The position numbers and the translations under genes were made by a program. Below, piece after piece: positions 1 to 13,605 of a stretch of 64,000 nt of DNA. The notes under the pieces were generated by a model. The model was given only the letters and a program-made list of their open reading frames with translations, searched no databases and was not told the origin of the DNA. Numbering within the stretch: the first letter of the stretch is position 1; every line of letters starts with the position of its first letter. This DNA comes from Antedon mediterranea (taxonomy: Eukaryota > Animalia > Echinodermata), in NCBI RefSeq assembly GCF_964355755.1, contig NC_092671.1, positions 11,284,001-11,348,000 on the forward strand, written 5' to 3'.

Positions 1-554
1 TTTATAATAAAAAATCAAACGCTCACTTAATGTATTCGTTTATAGCGAGAGCAACAGTGATGGACACCATTTGTTGACAGTTGTCGGGCTAGAATGTACC
101 GATTTACAGTTATATAAAACATGTTATTTTTATTATAGCTTTTACTATGTTTTTAAACATGAGACATAATTTGAATTTAGGTTTTATTGTATCGAAAAGG
201 AAACTAAATCGCTTGCTTATAAATGAAGTGATTTATAGGCCTAGAGTATTATCGGGAAACAGCAAGACCACTGAGTTTGAGTTTGGTACGTTTTTAATCG
301 GTGTAGTAGTCAATGAAGATTGCATTTTTATTATAGTGTTACTACTAATGATATTAATGTCGGTAATATCAATGTACGGTAAATAATGATATAAATTATG
401 AAGAGAGCATTCGATCATTGTGAAACTTTTTAGAGTGAATAGTGGTTTTTACAGAGTTAAACGTCTATATAGAACTAATGATATAAAATGTCGCAGATCT
501 ACGTACAGCAAACATTTTGGGTTTCCTCTGAAGTGTCTATAAAGCAGCTAATAA

Positions 555-752
555 AGCGTGATTCCCGCTAGAACGCAACGCGGTGACGTATTGACGCAAA
601 GTGCTGTATTGCGTAATCATGGGAACCGACGACGCAACAACAGTGCTGCAAAAAAGGTTTGATTTCACGCAGACGGGGGAAAACACAATTATTGTAAGGG
701 CATTTTCGTTGCGTCGGTTGCGTTACGTTGCGTCGCTAGTGGAAACCAAGCT
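555..752. mobile_element. PIF/Harbinger-like MITE, family A, copy 1
   Basis: Imperfect terminal inverted repeats (agcgtgattcccgctagaacgcaacg ... cgttgcgtcgctagtggaaaccaagct) flanked by TAA on both sides. A reverse-oriented copy lies at about 20950-21167. Confidence 0.75.
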
Positions 753-2749
753 TAACAAACAAGAAATATTAAATTCACTCGAAATCTATTTTTAAATTCA
801 CAAGGCGAGGATTACAATCGAAAATATCATTAAATAAACGCCTACACGATTCCAATGGTACGCATTTACAAAGGTTCTTTGATTTCTTTATCAACAGTAA
901 CTGATGTTATTGATTTATTTGATACCTACAGTATCTTTTTTTTTAATTTTTAAATTTCAATAATTGTTATTATTATTTCAATACAATGCTCAATTGTTAC
1001 AATAGAATGTACTACTCGGTGATAATCATCTTTTCGGAACTAGACCGTCTCCAATATTAATATAACGAATTGACTAGACACTGTTTAATCAATAATTGTA
1101 ATTTATCATTAGTTTAATGTTCATTTTGATTGTAAGAACTGTATGTTTGTTATGTAATACATATTGTGGTAAAGCGGTTATTCTTTTATTATTATTTTTA
1201 TATTGCTTATTATGTTATCAAATCAAGAGAAAAAAAAAGATAAATTAAAATAATTTTACACGTGTATGATATCTTATGGATAATTTACAAAATTAATTTG
1301 TCCGTGTTTATTAGTTATATTGCTGCAAGTTTGTGTACATTTTTTCTCATTTTCTAAAGTCTTCTTCAAAGATTTGATATGAAATTGTATGATAAATAGG
1401 CCTACAGTATATTGATATTTGAATTTAATTATATTTTAATAGATGCCTACTGGGAAAGGGGACAGATAATTGCATTTATCATGCCAACTTAGCCTGTGGC
1501 CTTTTGTGTTTTGTTATTTTTTTTTGGCAATAAAGAATAATAATAAATTATGATTTCTATACTTTGGTTGCTTATCATATTTTTTTTGCATTTATAGTTT
1601 TGCATGCCAAGTTCCCAATTTTAGATATAAATTCTCAGATTACTGGAGATTGCCAATAAAAAGTTCGTGACTTCTTCAAAAACGGTGTTATTAAAATTGT
1701 TTCGTAAGAAATGTCAGATTTCTACGATTTTATGTGTACATCCTCTATTAAGACTATCCAGTAATAGTGCTAATATTTACAGACCACTAAGACATATCAC
1801 TTTCATCCTCACTTTGCCATCTATACTTCTTGTTTATTTCAAACTCACAGCACTTATAAATACTCGCAATCTCAAACACGGTAAATCCGTTCACAGTGGT
1901 TACGCACGGAAAAAATCAATAAAATTAAGTTTAGATGCACTTGTGGAAATCTGCAATTCAATTAACGGTCATAATTGACGCAAAGTTCAAGCAGTTTAAA
2001 TCTAATAGGTGACGCTTTAATAAAAGAAAGGTGACAGAAAAAATATGCAAGCTGATTGGCTGTTCGACTTATGTCAGTTTGAATGGAACCGTTTTTATTA
2101 TAGTCTCAATTACTATCAATTATTTTATTGTGGATAAGCTGTTGCTTGAATGAGAGAATTCATCTCTTTCGACATGGAACAAATTACAGTAACATTTGAA
2201 TAAATAATTGAGGACATATTTATAGATCACGATCAGGCAAAAAGCGTAACCCATGAAATATAACAATCCAAGTACACGAGCTTTGTAATAGAAACAACTT
2301 TATACCATAATACACGGTTCATAAAACATTATGCCCGAAAGATTTGCACTACAATTAGATCTATTTTAGAAATCAAGAAGGTTTACATTTTGTCTCTGGT
2401 TTTCTATGAGATTGACGAAAGTTCACGATCTTTAATTGTCTACAGAAAATTGACATTAATAAGCTAATACAATGGATGATACACATTAAACAAATTGAAA
2501 ACAACAGTTGATACAATTATTCAAATGAAACAAGACATTACTGACGAGATAGATTAAACCGTAATTATCGCCGTAATACACAACGGGAGTTCAATGCACA
2601 ACGAGGGCTCGTAAAATAACGCAATATTTTGCAACGCACGACGAAGCCCAGTTTGTAGCCTTAGTTTCATGTGAAGCAACGGTAACAGGCATAGACATGT
2701 AAGTCAACTAAATATTAACTTTTCATAATCTATAACTATAATTATAAAA

Positions 2750-2822
2750 AAATCCTCGAGTGAATTCGAACCCTTGTCTTCCGATTGTAAGGCTTATCAC
2801 TAATCAGTCAACCAAACAGCTT
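2750..2822 (-). mobile_element. Degenerate tRNA-like SINE head
   Basis: The minus strand reads gctgtttggttgactgattag...agggttcgaattcactcgagg. It has a B-box and A-box-like spacing but no intact cloverleaf. Confidence 0.35.
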
Positions 2823-3606
2823 GCTTGCAGAAAAGCAATGTCAGATTACATACACAGTGGGCCCATGTGGGAGAAAGGATATCTTTGGTAATATTTAATT
2901 GTATTGCCTAGTTAGATGGTCACATAACTGAGAATACATGTGAGTAAAAATAAAATCATACTGCTGGTGTATGGAATACAGATATGTGGGTTTTGGTACT
3001 TTCTTGTTAAGGTTAATGGCTTAGCCTTTCCTTTGGTTTTTCCACAAGCGTCTTGAGCACTTTGATTTGTGCTTAACAAATCATGGTACTATTACTACAG
3101 TAAACATAAAATATGAAATTACAGGTGTGTTGTTTGTTGTCTCTAGATAAACAAGTACGAGAATCGGGTGCAATACCTAAACAAAAATACCGTTTATTAG
3201 ATTGGTAAAATTAACTTAAATTCCAATCAATGCGATGACTTTACTTGATGTCAGAAAACTATGCCATTTTAATGCACGCAGTCAAGAAGATTAAATAAAA
3301 GGTCAAATGACGAAAACGTTAAGATTTTATCATAAATTACACGGGAAAAAATATAATTTAATCCGAAACAAGAGATATAATTTACGTCAAGACTCAACTA
3401 ATTGTATACGTAGACATATTATAATGTTGTGAAAACAAAAAGAGGAAACATTCAAATTGGTATATTAATGACAAAAACAAGTAAACAAGATATATCATTA
3501 TAATTTCTTCCATCTGTTTAATTGTATACGTAGCGACTGTAATTTATTGTATCTAATTGCTTTTAATAATGGTATGCCCAAATATAGAATAATTTTCGTT
3601 TTGTTA

Positions 3607-3925
3607 TCATTCTGTCGACTATCTCTCCTTATGTCGACTATCTCTCATGTCGACTATCTCTACTTTTGTTAACCATCTCTCATTCTGTCGACTATCTTCC
3701 TTCCGTCGACCATCTCTTCTTCTTGTCGACTATCTCTCTTTCTGTCTACTATCTCTAATTCTGTCTACTATCCACCTTCGTCGCATCTCTTCCTTTGTGG
3801 ACTATCTCTCCTTCTGTCGACTATCTCTCCTATATTGTGAATTATCTTTCCTCCTGTCGACTATATCTCCATTTGTCGACTATCTCACCTGTTTTTTTTG
3901 ACTATCTATACTCTTTCTGTCCACG
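3607..3925. repeat. Degenerate minisatellite, about 21-bp unit (tctgtcgactatctctcctt)
   Basis: More than ten tandem diverged units centred on gtcgactatctc, pyrimidine-rich on the + strand. Confidence 0.9.
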
Positions 3926-5036
3926 TTAGATTCATTTCATTTCTTTAATTATCTTTATGATAGAAACGATATACGCCCAAATACTACTAAATTGTATAGG
4001 CCTAACGCATTTCATTTTTGTTTTCATATAATTTACTGTATACAGTATCCACGTACGTTTAGCGGTGATTAGTAATAAATTGGAGCTCATATGTTAAATT
4101 TCCAATCGATTGTATTCAGTATGTATTGAAAACATAGTTTATCATCTCTTAACCTCTTAGTTGATAATAGCAACCCTAATAACACAGAGTTTATGAATTT
4201 ATTCTGACAAAATACCAAGCGTTTATGTATAGTTATTATGCAAACAAATTACATGGTCGATATCACGATGATTACCTATTTCAAGTTGGAACGTAACGCA
4301 ACGTAAAGCAAATTAGCCAGAGAGATACAAGTTTTCCAAAAACTCTATCAATTTATTCAGACTAATAAGGCAACTTTGAAAAATTAAATTTTTCATTCTA
4401 GGCTTAAGTTCGTGTCATATCAAAACTCATGGCACTCGGCCGAATCATTTGCATTGTGACCGCCTATCTCAAATATAATAACTATTTATCTATTTATAGA
4501 CGTGACGTTTTGTTGGTATATTTATGTACTTCATGCGTAACGAGCAGTTCATAAACAAATGTATATATTGGTATACAGTGTTTACTATGATGATATTACA
4601 TTCATTTGGTTATTGATTCAAAATCTTTAATATAGTCTAATACTAATAACTCTTTATAACATGATACCTAAGTGCTTAAAAAAAATCTAGGACACGAATA
4701 TTAGGTAACCAAAAACCGAACACAACAAATGGTCGCCAAACAGAATAAAATAAAAGCTATTAAAGCGTCTTCGACAGAGTGACTCAAATTGAAATAAAAC
4801 AAACTGATTTAACGTCTAGATTAATAATACGTTGCGACATTTTGAAGTGGGTGTGAGATCACATTGGTTAAAATAAATAAGCAACGATACTGGCATTTAA
4901 TTAATACTCTGGACAAAGGTACGGTTGGCAAGCTTTTCATGACGCCGTAGTATCATAAATTCCTTTTCAACACAAACGTTAATAAAACACAATGAGGTTT
5001 TGACATATCGACAGATTAAAAAATATCATAGTCTAA

Positions 5037-5175
5037 AGCTCTGTCTACTATCAATCAAGTTTAAAAAAAAAAAGTGTGATTTGCCCAAATATGGTAGTAA
5101 TATGACGTCATCGTGTCCATATATGGGCACATCACATTTTTATTACTGTCAAAGTTTGATAGTGTAAACAGAGCT
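5037..5175. mobile_element. PIF/Harbinger-like MITE, family B (about 140 bp), copy 1
   Basis: TIRs agctctgtctac..tatcaa and tttgatagtgtaaacagagct, flanked by TAA and TTA. The internal core gcccaaatatggtagt..atgacgtcatc is shared with four other copies. Confidence 0.85.
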
Positions 5176-8100
5176 TTATGGGAACCCTCAAAACATACAT
5201 TTGATAATCGATAGTGCTGAGAGGAAAGATAATGTAAATTTCATATTTCGAGAGTGGTCGAAAAATAATATTAAAATAATGAAAATGAATGAAAAGAGGT
5301 GATGGAACATGTGATGAGAATATTGATGGTGATGATGTTGGTACTGGTGTTTGGTGTCGATGATGATAAGGACAATAATTTTTTATTTCGAGGATTTTGT
5401 TGATGGCAAAAAATGACGATATTGATACTTATTTTTGAATGATGAATAATATGATATCTGGAAGGAATGATGCAACTATTAATGATTAAAATTAAAAGAA
5501 AAAAAAAATCCCAATAAACTAATGAAAATGGTATATATCATCTAATGTCGTTTATATTATAGTCAATACATAAGGATGTAACATTATTCTATTCAGTATG
5601 CAGGAATATTCGGTATTACAGATATACAGATAAAAATCTATTCCACTGATGCAAACAACATTCTCCGAGGTTCATAAATTACTATAGCTATAACGCTAAG
5701 CCTAAAGTCATTAAAAAACAATTTAAAGACGTGGTCAATTAACACGTATACACGGGAGGACAGACTACTGTAGTATTCATTAATAGCCGATACATCACTA
5801 ACTTATAATACGGTATATGTTAGTGAGTATATCAGATTATGTAATATTCAAGAATATTTAAAAATTTTTCACTACTGTCTTAGAGCGATATAAACTTGCC
5901 ATACGTCGCTAAGATTTATTTTTGTTTACGTACAGTACTACTACTGGCGCCATCCGAGAGCGTTTTGATTTATTTTCGAAACTAAAGTACAGCAAAGTAC
6001 AGATATGAAACGCCATGTGTGTAAAACTGTTTCTCATTTACGAATATTAGGCCGAATTATGTAGAATCGAAACAAAGCGATATACAATTCAAAGAAAATA
6101 TTAGGAAATTGGATTTGAACTGAGGAGATCGAAAAACAGAATCATGACTGGTGTTTCATACGGACGCTGTCAAAGGCTGAATCTTGAGGGACTTGTTAGT
6201 TTTATTACAGAATATGGCAATAAGAACCATAGTCTCTGTAGGGGTCTGGTTATCCTATGATGTCGATCGTGCACTTGTGTATTTCGCGCACCATTACTAC
6301 CAAGAACACATATGATTAAAGGGACCGGTTAATGAGTGTAAATGTAATTGTAAATTATATCTATATCTACTACCAGTCAACAAATGAATCAAATAGCAGT
6401 CTTTGACTTAAGGCGATTCATTTGGGCGAAAGGAAATGAAACTGAACACAGTAGTTGAGCAGAATTAAATCAATGAGCCATGATATTGGATAGCAAGCAT
6501 GTTAACCATCAAAATACATAGCGTAATTACTGCTAACCTATCTTAAAAAAGGAATAAGAACATTATGGGAAAATAGTTCTCTTACTGCCAGCGCGCCGTC
6601 TGTGTCGATAACGTTCAGGTATAACGTCACTGATAATGTTTAACTTGTTCATTTACTACTGTAACTTATAGACTATTATTTTTGATGATTTAAACTAATT
6701 CACATAATACACCCACATGTACTCCAACCAATTTTTCTGTAATAATTGAAAAATAAACGCCAAAAGAAGAACAGTTCGTGATTTTATATGATTTAATTTA
6801 AGGAAAACAATTTTACATACTTGGAATTTCTCGGACTATAATATTATATAGATAATGTTCTTGCGTTGTGTATTTACTATTATTCTTATTTTACAACTGA
6901 ATGTTAGTGAGATCAACTAATTTCAAAACGGGTTATTTGAACTTTACATTGCTATGTATGATACGCCGCTGGTGTTATATCTCAAACGATGCAATCAAAA
7001 TATGTGATTGACGATTTAATTAAATTCACAGTAAAATCAGTTTTCAATAGGAAATTGTATACGACAAATGAAATAATGTCGTCGTAATATTACACGTTTG
7101 TCATATGTGAAATTCGGTTAACTCTGATTATGTGGGTCTATTACAATTTAATATGAAGTATGCCTTACATTACACAATACTAATATTAGTAAACACATTC
7201 GAGACTAAAAACTAAATTAAAAAATAATAAAAGAGTTAGCATTGGGCCTATATTACAAGTGTCACGGTAACTATTTATTTCAGGATCCCAACGGAAATAA
7301 ACATGTGTAATTTGTTTTATTAGGTTATCTTGGTCAAAATAAATTTAATACTTTTACATTTTTATGACACTTTTTAACGCTTATTTTATAGTTACTTTAC
7401 CATTACTTCTCAGTTTTACCGTTATTACTTTTTGAATGTAATTTTTACAATTTTTAACACGGATTTTACTTTCTTTACTTTGTTTTAGCAATGTTATACT
7501 TTTTAAATATTTTGAATCATATAATAGGCCTAATTTCTTGTATTTGTATTGAAATAAATGAATGAATGAACTGTTTTTACGAATTAGGGCCTAGTTTTCA
7601 ATTTCATTTACCGTAACCGTTTTGTGAAATAATGGAAACTCATATAACAATTTGAACGGCGCCGTCTTGTATATTACCCGAAGGTATAGGTTTTAGCAAG
7701 AGTATGGACTGGAGGAGACTCTGTATTTTTCTAAATGAAAACAAAATCAACACACGTCGTGATAAGAACCTGCAATTGACGCTTCCAGCATCATGAAACG
7801 AATACATTGTGTGACCTCTTTTAAAATGTATCCTCAATCAATGAAATCCAGCTTGTTCATTTCACATGGATTGTGTGGTTCGTATGCAATAGGATTACAA
7901 ATTAAACACAGTACCTGACGGTAAGAATAAATAGACTGAAAATTAAATTCAGGTAATAAAGTACGCGACACAATATTAATTTGGGCCGACACACGGGGGA
8001 ATTAGTGTAGGCCTATTGTATATGAAATGATGAGGAATATGAGGAACAGATTTAATACAGTGTATACAAATACTTGTTTACTCATCCATTTGTTTATATT

Positions 8101-8457
8101 ACACAATTAATATGCTACATTTCTTTCAAAACTTTAACTTAAAAACATTCGGTCATATAACTCTAAAAGGTTAATGATTATAATTATCATAGTTTACACT
8201 ACATGATTTTGAAACTTAATATAGCAGCCATCATGGAAAAATATCCCTCAGTTAACTGGTAATTAATTGTACAGGCATAAGCAGGACACTGTACGGTACT
8301 ATATGAAAAGTGTTTTAACATATGTTTCTAACCATTATCTAAGCTAAATGATGGGGGAGAGGTCAAGTTGGTAGAGAGAGAGGGAGACATGCACCTTCGT
8401 TTAAAATCATCAAATACTATCGTTCAATTTGATTGAAAAACATAATAAGTTCCATAA

Positions 8458-9862
8458 TCATTTATTTTCTACGCTACTATCGGCAAGAACGCCTCTTTTC
8501 ACTAACAATTTATCAAGTTCATCTTCTAGCTGTAAATTGGTACCACGCAGTCCATCAACAACTCTGCCTGCCCATACAAAATAATCATCTACACGCTCTC
8601 GAGTCCATCCTACCGGGGTACACCGCTCAAGATCACGAAGATTATACAGTTTATCGGCTAGTTTGACTAGTTTCGCTTTCCGACTCTTTTTCGACGCGTT
8701 CTCGATCTGTAATCGTTTGCGTTCCATTTTCGGCAGTGTTTTATCATCGGTAACTTCGGCAACTATCGACCGGACTTCGGCACCAAACGCCGATTCGATT
8801 TCCTCAAACGTTGTGTTCGTGTCCTCAATCGTATCATGAAGAAGAGCAGCCTGCACACATTTGGTAAAATAATACAATTTACTTGATCGTTTTAGAGATT
8901 GGATCAAAGGTTGAGCATAAATATTCAAGTACTTTTACATTTACAATACCACCACAATTATCCAGAAAAAAAGCACAAACAACCTTCGAAGCTCAACACA
9001 AACATTTTAGGAGAGTCGCGTGCTCATGATAAATGATTTTTTTAAATAATTGTTAAAGACATTACTATTGTTCTTCTAAACCAAGGCTTAGTTAACTCAT
9101 ATAAAAAGGTCCATTTTCATTGCAGTGTAGATTAAAAAAAAAAAGATTTAATTTGGTTGATATCTCCCACCCTTTTATGAATGTCATTAGAAAACATTAA
9201 ATTACAAAATGATCATTGTAACTGAGGGCGCCAGACCAAATATTTTGGTTATCAACACAACATTTTCGTTTAAATACTGTGTACATTAAATTATGTTAAA
9301 TGTTTCTTTTGTATTTATCGATTCTATATCAATTAATGTGTGTTTACGCCTATAATAAATATAAATAAAATAGAACCTAATAAAATTTACTTTCAAAGTA
9401 AAGCGACATTCCAACAACAGATTATAATAGGCCTAGCTAGACGATAATTACATTTTCAGTGGAATAAAGTAAAAAAAATGTATCATCTGACCTGTATTGT
9501 GGCAGTGTCAGTTATGCCTGCTTCATTAGTAAGTATTCTAGCAACGCCTAATGTGAAAAAATGTTGATGATAAGAAGAAAACAAAATTCTAGGCCTACAA
9601 AACTTATAGGTGCTTAAACAACACAGGGCTGGGGTAAGGTGGCGGTCTCACGGTGACAGACCACAACAACTTCCGGGCCTAGGCCTAGCTTTCAAAACAC
9701 AATAAAACCCGCACTGATTTATAGTATATATGCCCTATACTAACCAATTGGGTGATTTATATAAGGTGTTGCATCTTGATCCTTTCTTCGTTGATCTTTG
9801 TGCTTAATAGCAGCAAAATTAACACACTCAATCAGTGAAACAACATCGTCGGTTTTGTCCAT
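8458..9862 (-). CDS. HDDC3: HD-domain protein 3 / MESH1, metazoan SpoT-homolog (p)ppGpp and NADPH phosphatase; 3 exons, 188 aa
   Basis: Exons 9862-9745, 9547-9492 and 8850-8458 are joined by GT-AG introns and stay in frame. Translation: [108 protein letters not shown]...[15 protein letters not shown]. The QRRK-PYINHP, AALLHD-EDT and [11 protein letters not shown] motifs are typical of MESH1. Confidence 0.96.
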
Positions 9863-10600
9863 TATGTTTTTCCCACCATTGTTTAAAAAAAACTAGCGCC
9901 ACCACATTCCAAAAAAGGTTCCCGGGCGATGCCAAAAGCGTTTGAAAACCTCCTCATACGAAAATTTACAAAATTTTGAATTTCACAAACACACATTTTA
10001 AATAAATCAGGTAGTTGTATTTTACTCCCTGAATAAATGTGGTAGATAATTAAGATAAACGATTCTAAGGGCCACTTTTACACAGGTACACTCCATGGAA
10101 TAAACGCATGTACGTCTAAATAACGTTTACTAAATAACCTGTATGATATTGCAATTAAATATGATACAGAACGAATAATACACAAACAATACTATACTAC
10201 GGTATTTACTTATTATAAATTTATTATTCATGTATTCACTTGATAAATTAAGTAACGGTGTTTTTTAAGGCCTATATTTGTGACTTTTTCTTAAATTTCA
10301 AGAGTAAAAAGATTAAGATACAATAAGCCTCTTCTTCAATTACGAACATTTATACATGAAGACATTTTTATTTCATTTTTTTCAACACCATGAAAAGATT
10401 AACATTTTGCAGAATTCATAAATAAGTTTAAAATAATTTTACATAGAAAGTATATCAAAACATGGGAATGTTTTTAGAATGGTCTACCTTTTTTATTAAA
10501 ACATAATAAAGTTTAACAAATTTGAAAACATTTTTTACAAATAACTATAGGTACAGTATATGCATAGTAGTAAGTTCATGTAAGTTTAAGATAATTTCTG

Positions 10601-12207
10601 TTACAGCTCATCATGATCCTCCTCATTTGAACAAAGTTCTGAAAGAATCAAACCAATAAATGGTTAAATTAATTTTGAATCAAGCGAACAAAAGAAAACT
10701 CCAAAATACTGTTAAAATGTTTGTTACTTACCAGATATAACATTGCATAAAAGATGTGATTTATTTTCTTTCTTTTCTCGGAAAATTTGTAAAAGTTCTT
10801 CCTCATAATCTTCAAGTACATTTTGGCACTTAAGTTATAAACAATAAAAAAATGGTGATGTTAGAGTTTGCTAAGCAGTGACTGAAATCAGTAGCGTAAC
10901 GGAGCACTCACTGATTAAACCCAGGAGCACCCAGAGGTAAAAACAGGCGTTACAATATGTCGAAAAATGCTAAAAACGCCCGAGGCCTCCAGCGTTGGAG
11001 GGCTCCTTATGGTTCCTAAACCAGGGGGCTAAGGTCTCTACGTTATGCCACTGGGTGAAATAGATTTTAAAGTGAATACATACAATTTGAGGTTGCAATT
11101 TTTACAGTTATTACTTGAGTGAATTTCCAATTAATCAAAATAATATTTACTGTAATTAGAAAAATACAACAATTTACAGTATGATGAAAAGTAACCTTTA
11201 TTTGTACTTACAGCATATTTTAATTTTTTAGATGTTTCTCCATCAATACTGATGTTGTGAAGTTCTATATTTTCTTCTCCTTCTCGTTTGTTAAACCTAG
11301 TATATGTTCTCTTTTGCGTTACTGTGTCTGTGCTTGCGGCATAGTCATTCATTTTGTCGCAGATATCTTCAACTAGTTCAGTCATATGTACTTCAGATCC
11401 TGCAAATGGTACCTACAACATGACAAGAAAAACGGTAAATAAACGCTAAAAGGTACAAACATAGATAGTCTTCTTTTGGTAACCAAGCACAATAATGAAT
11501 ACATTTTCAATAGAAAAAAAGGATTTTTTTTAATTTTAAATTATATTTCATTTTTTGACTGGTATAAAACACTAAAAATAACCAAAGGTTGAAAAGAAGA
11601 GTTTAGAATGACTAAACAATACTTAAACTAAACAATACTTAAACTAAACAATACAAACACGACAAATATAACAATAAACAACTAACATTATTATAAACAA
11701 TTCATTTTCAACATTTTATTAAACAATTATCATTAAAATCCAGAAAATTTTTGTTTTTGTCTATTTAATGTTTTTCTTACCTTTTCCTGTGTCTGTGTTC
11801 CATCTGGGTTTATTCGAAAACTTCCAACATCAATCATTTTGTGGGGTTTTACTTGCTTAATTGCATACTCTATCTCATCCACAAGAGCTTTACAGGCTTG
11901 AAACAAAATTATTTAATATTATAGTGTTTGTAATGTTACATTTATAAAATTATGTTTATAATAAAACAAATAATCTGATATTTACTTATTTATTTTAAAT
12001 ATACGTACATACATAATAATAAAAAGTAACAGCAGTGAGTATTTGCCACAAAGTGAATGAACAATGAAAGTTTAGGTTTTGAGGAGGTGTAAGATTTTTG
12101 TGGTTGTTTTACTTACCCCCACAATACAGTTCTTGATCACGTTTAGCTGCAGCATGCAGTACAGACAACAAAACCACACAACAGATATTCAAAAGACTTC
12201 TTGCCAT
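10601..12207 (-). CDS. CNPY2: Protein canopy homolog (CNPY1/2 type; saposin-like, ER-resident); 5 coding exons, 180 aa
   Basis: Exons 12207-12117, 11896-11781, 11412-11212, 10828-10732 and 10638-10601 are all GT-AG and in frame. It has a signal peptide (MARSLLNICCVVLLSVLHAAA), the motifs LYCGACKALVDEIEY, IDVGSFRINPDG, SEVHMTELVEDICDKMNDY and LKYACQNVLEDYEEE, and a C-terminal ER-retention signal HDEL followed by stop. A 62-nt 5'UTR intron at 12313-12374 is possible. Confidence 0.94.
10889..11053. mobile_element. hAT-like MITE in CNPY intron 3
   Basis: TIRs cagtagcgtaac ... gttatgccactg. Flanks actgaaat and ggtgaaat resemble a decayed 8-bp TSD. The segment is GC-richer than the surrounding intron. 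Confidence 0.65.
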
Positions 12208-13605
12208 TCCTATTATTATAATTGAAATCAACATTAAAAGGTAAACGTGTAGAACTTTGATGCAGTCCAGTGAATATTTGTTGTAATTTTTCAAATTTAT
12301 ATTTAAATTCACCTAGGTAATACATATAATTAATTTAATAATTAAATAAATAATTATGGGTATAGCCTACTTACAAAGTCTAATTTGACCGAAAAAGTAT
12401 TGATGATTCAAGCCCCATAGTAAATTACTTAACGTTCTATTCCTTAGTTTCCAGGCAGTTTCGAACACCTGCCGGTGTTTACAGCCACGCTGGTGACTTT
12501 ATCATATCAATGCCTAAGTGTGTTGACTGTTACTCGTTAACTGAATAAATCCTACTCCTAATTGAACATTGTTATATAATCTCTTAAATATCTAAATAAC
12601 TTATCATAATTAAAATGGCAATATTAATAGCAAATAATAAAGTAAAATATTATTTAAAGTTACCTTAACCTCTACGACCGGCGTTTTTCGAAAAGCTACG
12701 TGTCACCACCAGGAAAGTACACGTCGGTAAACATTGACTAGCGCCACCTATTGACGAAAAACTTTACAAATCGTCGATACAATTTTGAAGTACTGTCGTG
12801 CCTATGTCTCTGTCACTGTTTCCTCTGTATATCAGTATATGCATTCAAAACTATTTTTTCATCATCATCATCATCAGCATTAGCTATTATCAAAGATCTT
12901 ATATACTAGTATATAAGATCTTTGCTATTATTCAGTTCAGTTGCCTTAAGTTGCCTTTGCCTTATTTCCATTATTTGTTAAATTACTCATTATTATTCCC
13001 ACTCCTCTCATTGGTAGACCTACCTACTAGCCTATTTCACTTTACTTTTCAGTTGATAAAAACAAATATGACAATACAGGGCATACATTCTACACCTTTT
13101 ATACAAGTTTAATTATTCAACGATTTTATGGGTATAATTGTATTTGTTTTCTTTTAATTTTTACCACCTATTACCAAAAAAGTAACAGTAATATGGCCAA
13201 ACTCTAGAACTTGATATAATGAATTACAGTGACATTTTATGCCGATGAAATCTATTTCTATTATATATATACATTTGAAAGACAGTTTGATTTTGCTTAT
13301 AAATAAAACATTATAAAAATTGTTTAGTGTTTGCACAAGTTAATTTACATATCGCCAATAAACGACATTACTTCTACAAAGAAAACAGTGAAGATAAAAA
13401 TAATGATAATAATCATAGATTTGTTGAAATAGCTTAAAACATGATGTGACCTGTAATAAAGGTCACAACGTTTGGCTATTACATTATGATCACCATGAAC
13501 AGGTGTTGATTATTGACAACGTTAATTTAAGTCTTTAAAATATTTAAAATCATTTTTATTGGAATGTTCAATTTCAAACTAATTATTGCATTCCACTTCC
13601 AGGAG

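Noticed and set aside
2750-2822. tRNA gene
   Set aside because: A B-box is present, but no convincing acceptor or anticodon stems can be folded, so it is better read as a SINE head. The same applies to about 50995-51050.
3607-3925. Regularly spaced gtcgactatctc repeats as a CRISPR array, or the 84-aa ORF over them as a gene
   Set aside because: The units are contiguous, about 21 bp, with no unique spacers and no cas genes, in a eukaryotic context. The ORF is a by-product of the minisatellite.
8458-9862. SpoT-like HD hydrolase as a bacterial contaminant or recent horizontal transfer
   Set aside because: It has two spliceosomal introns and matches the widespread metazoan MESH1/HDDC3 family.
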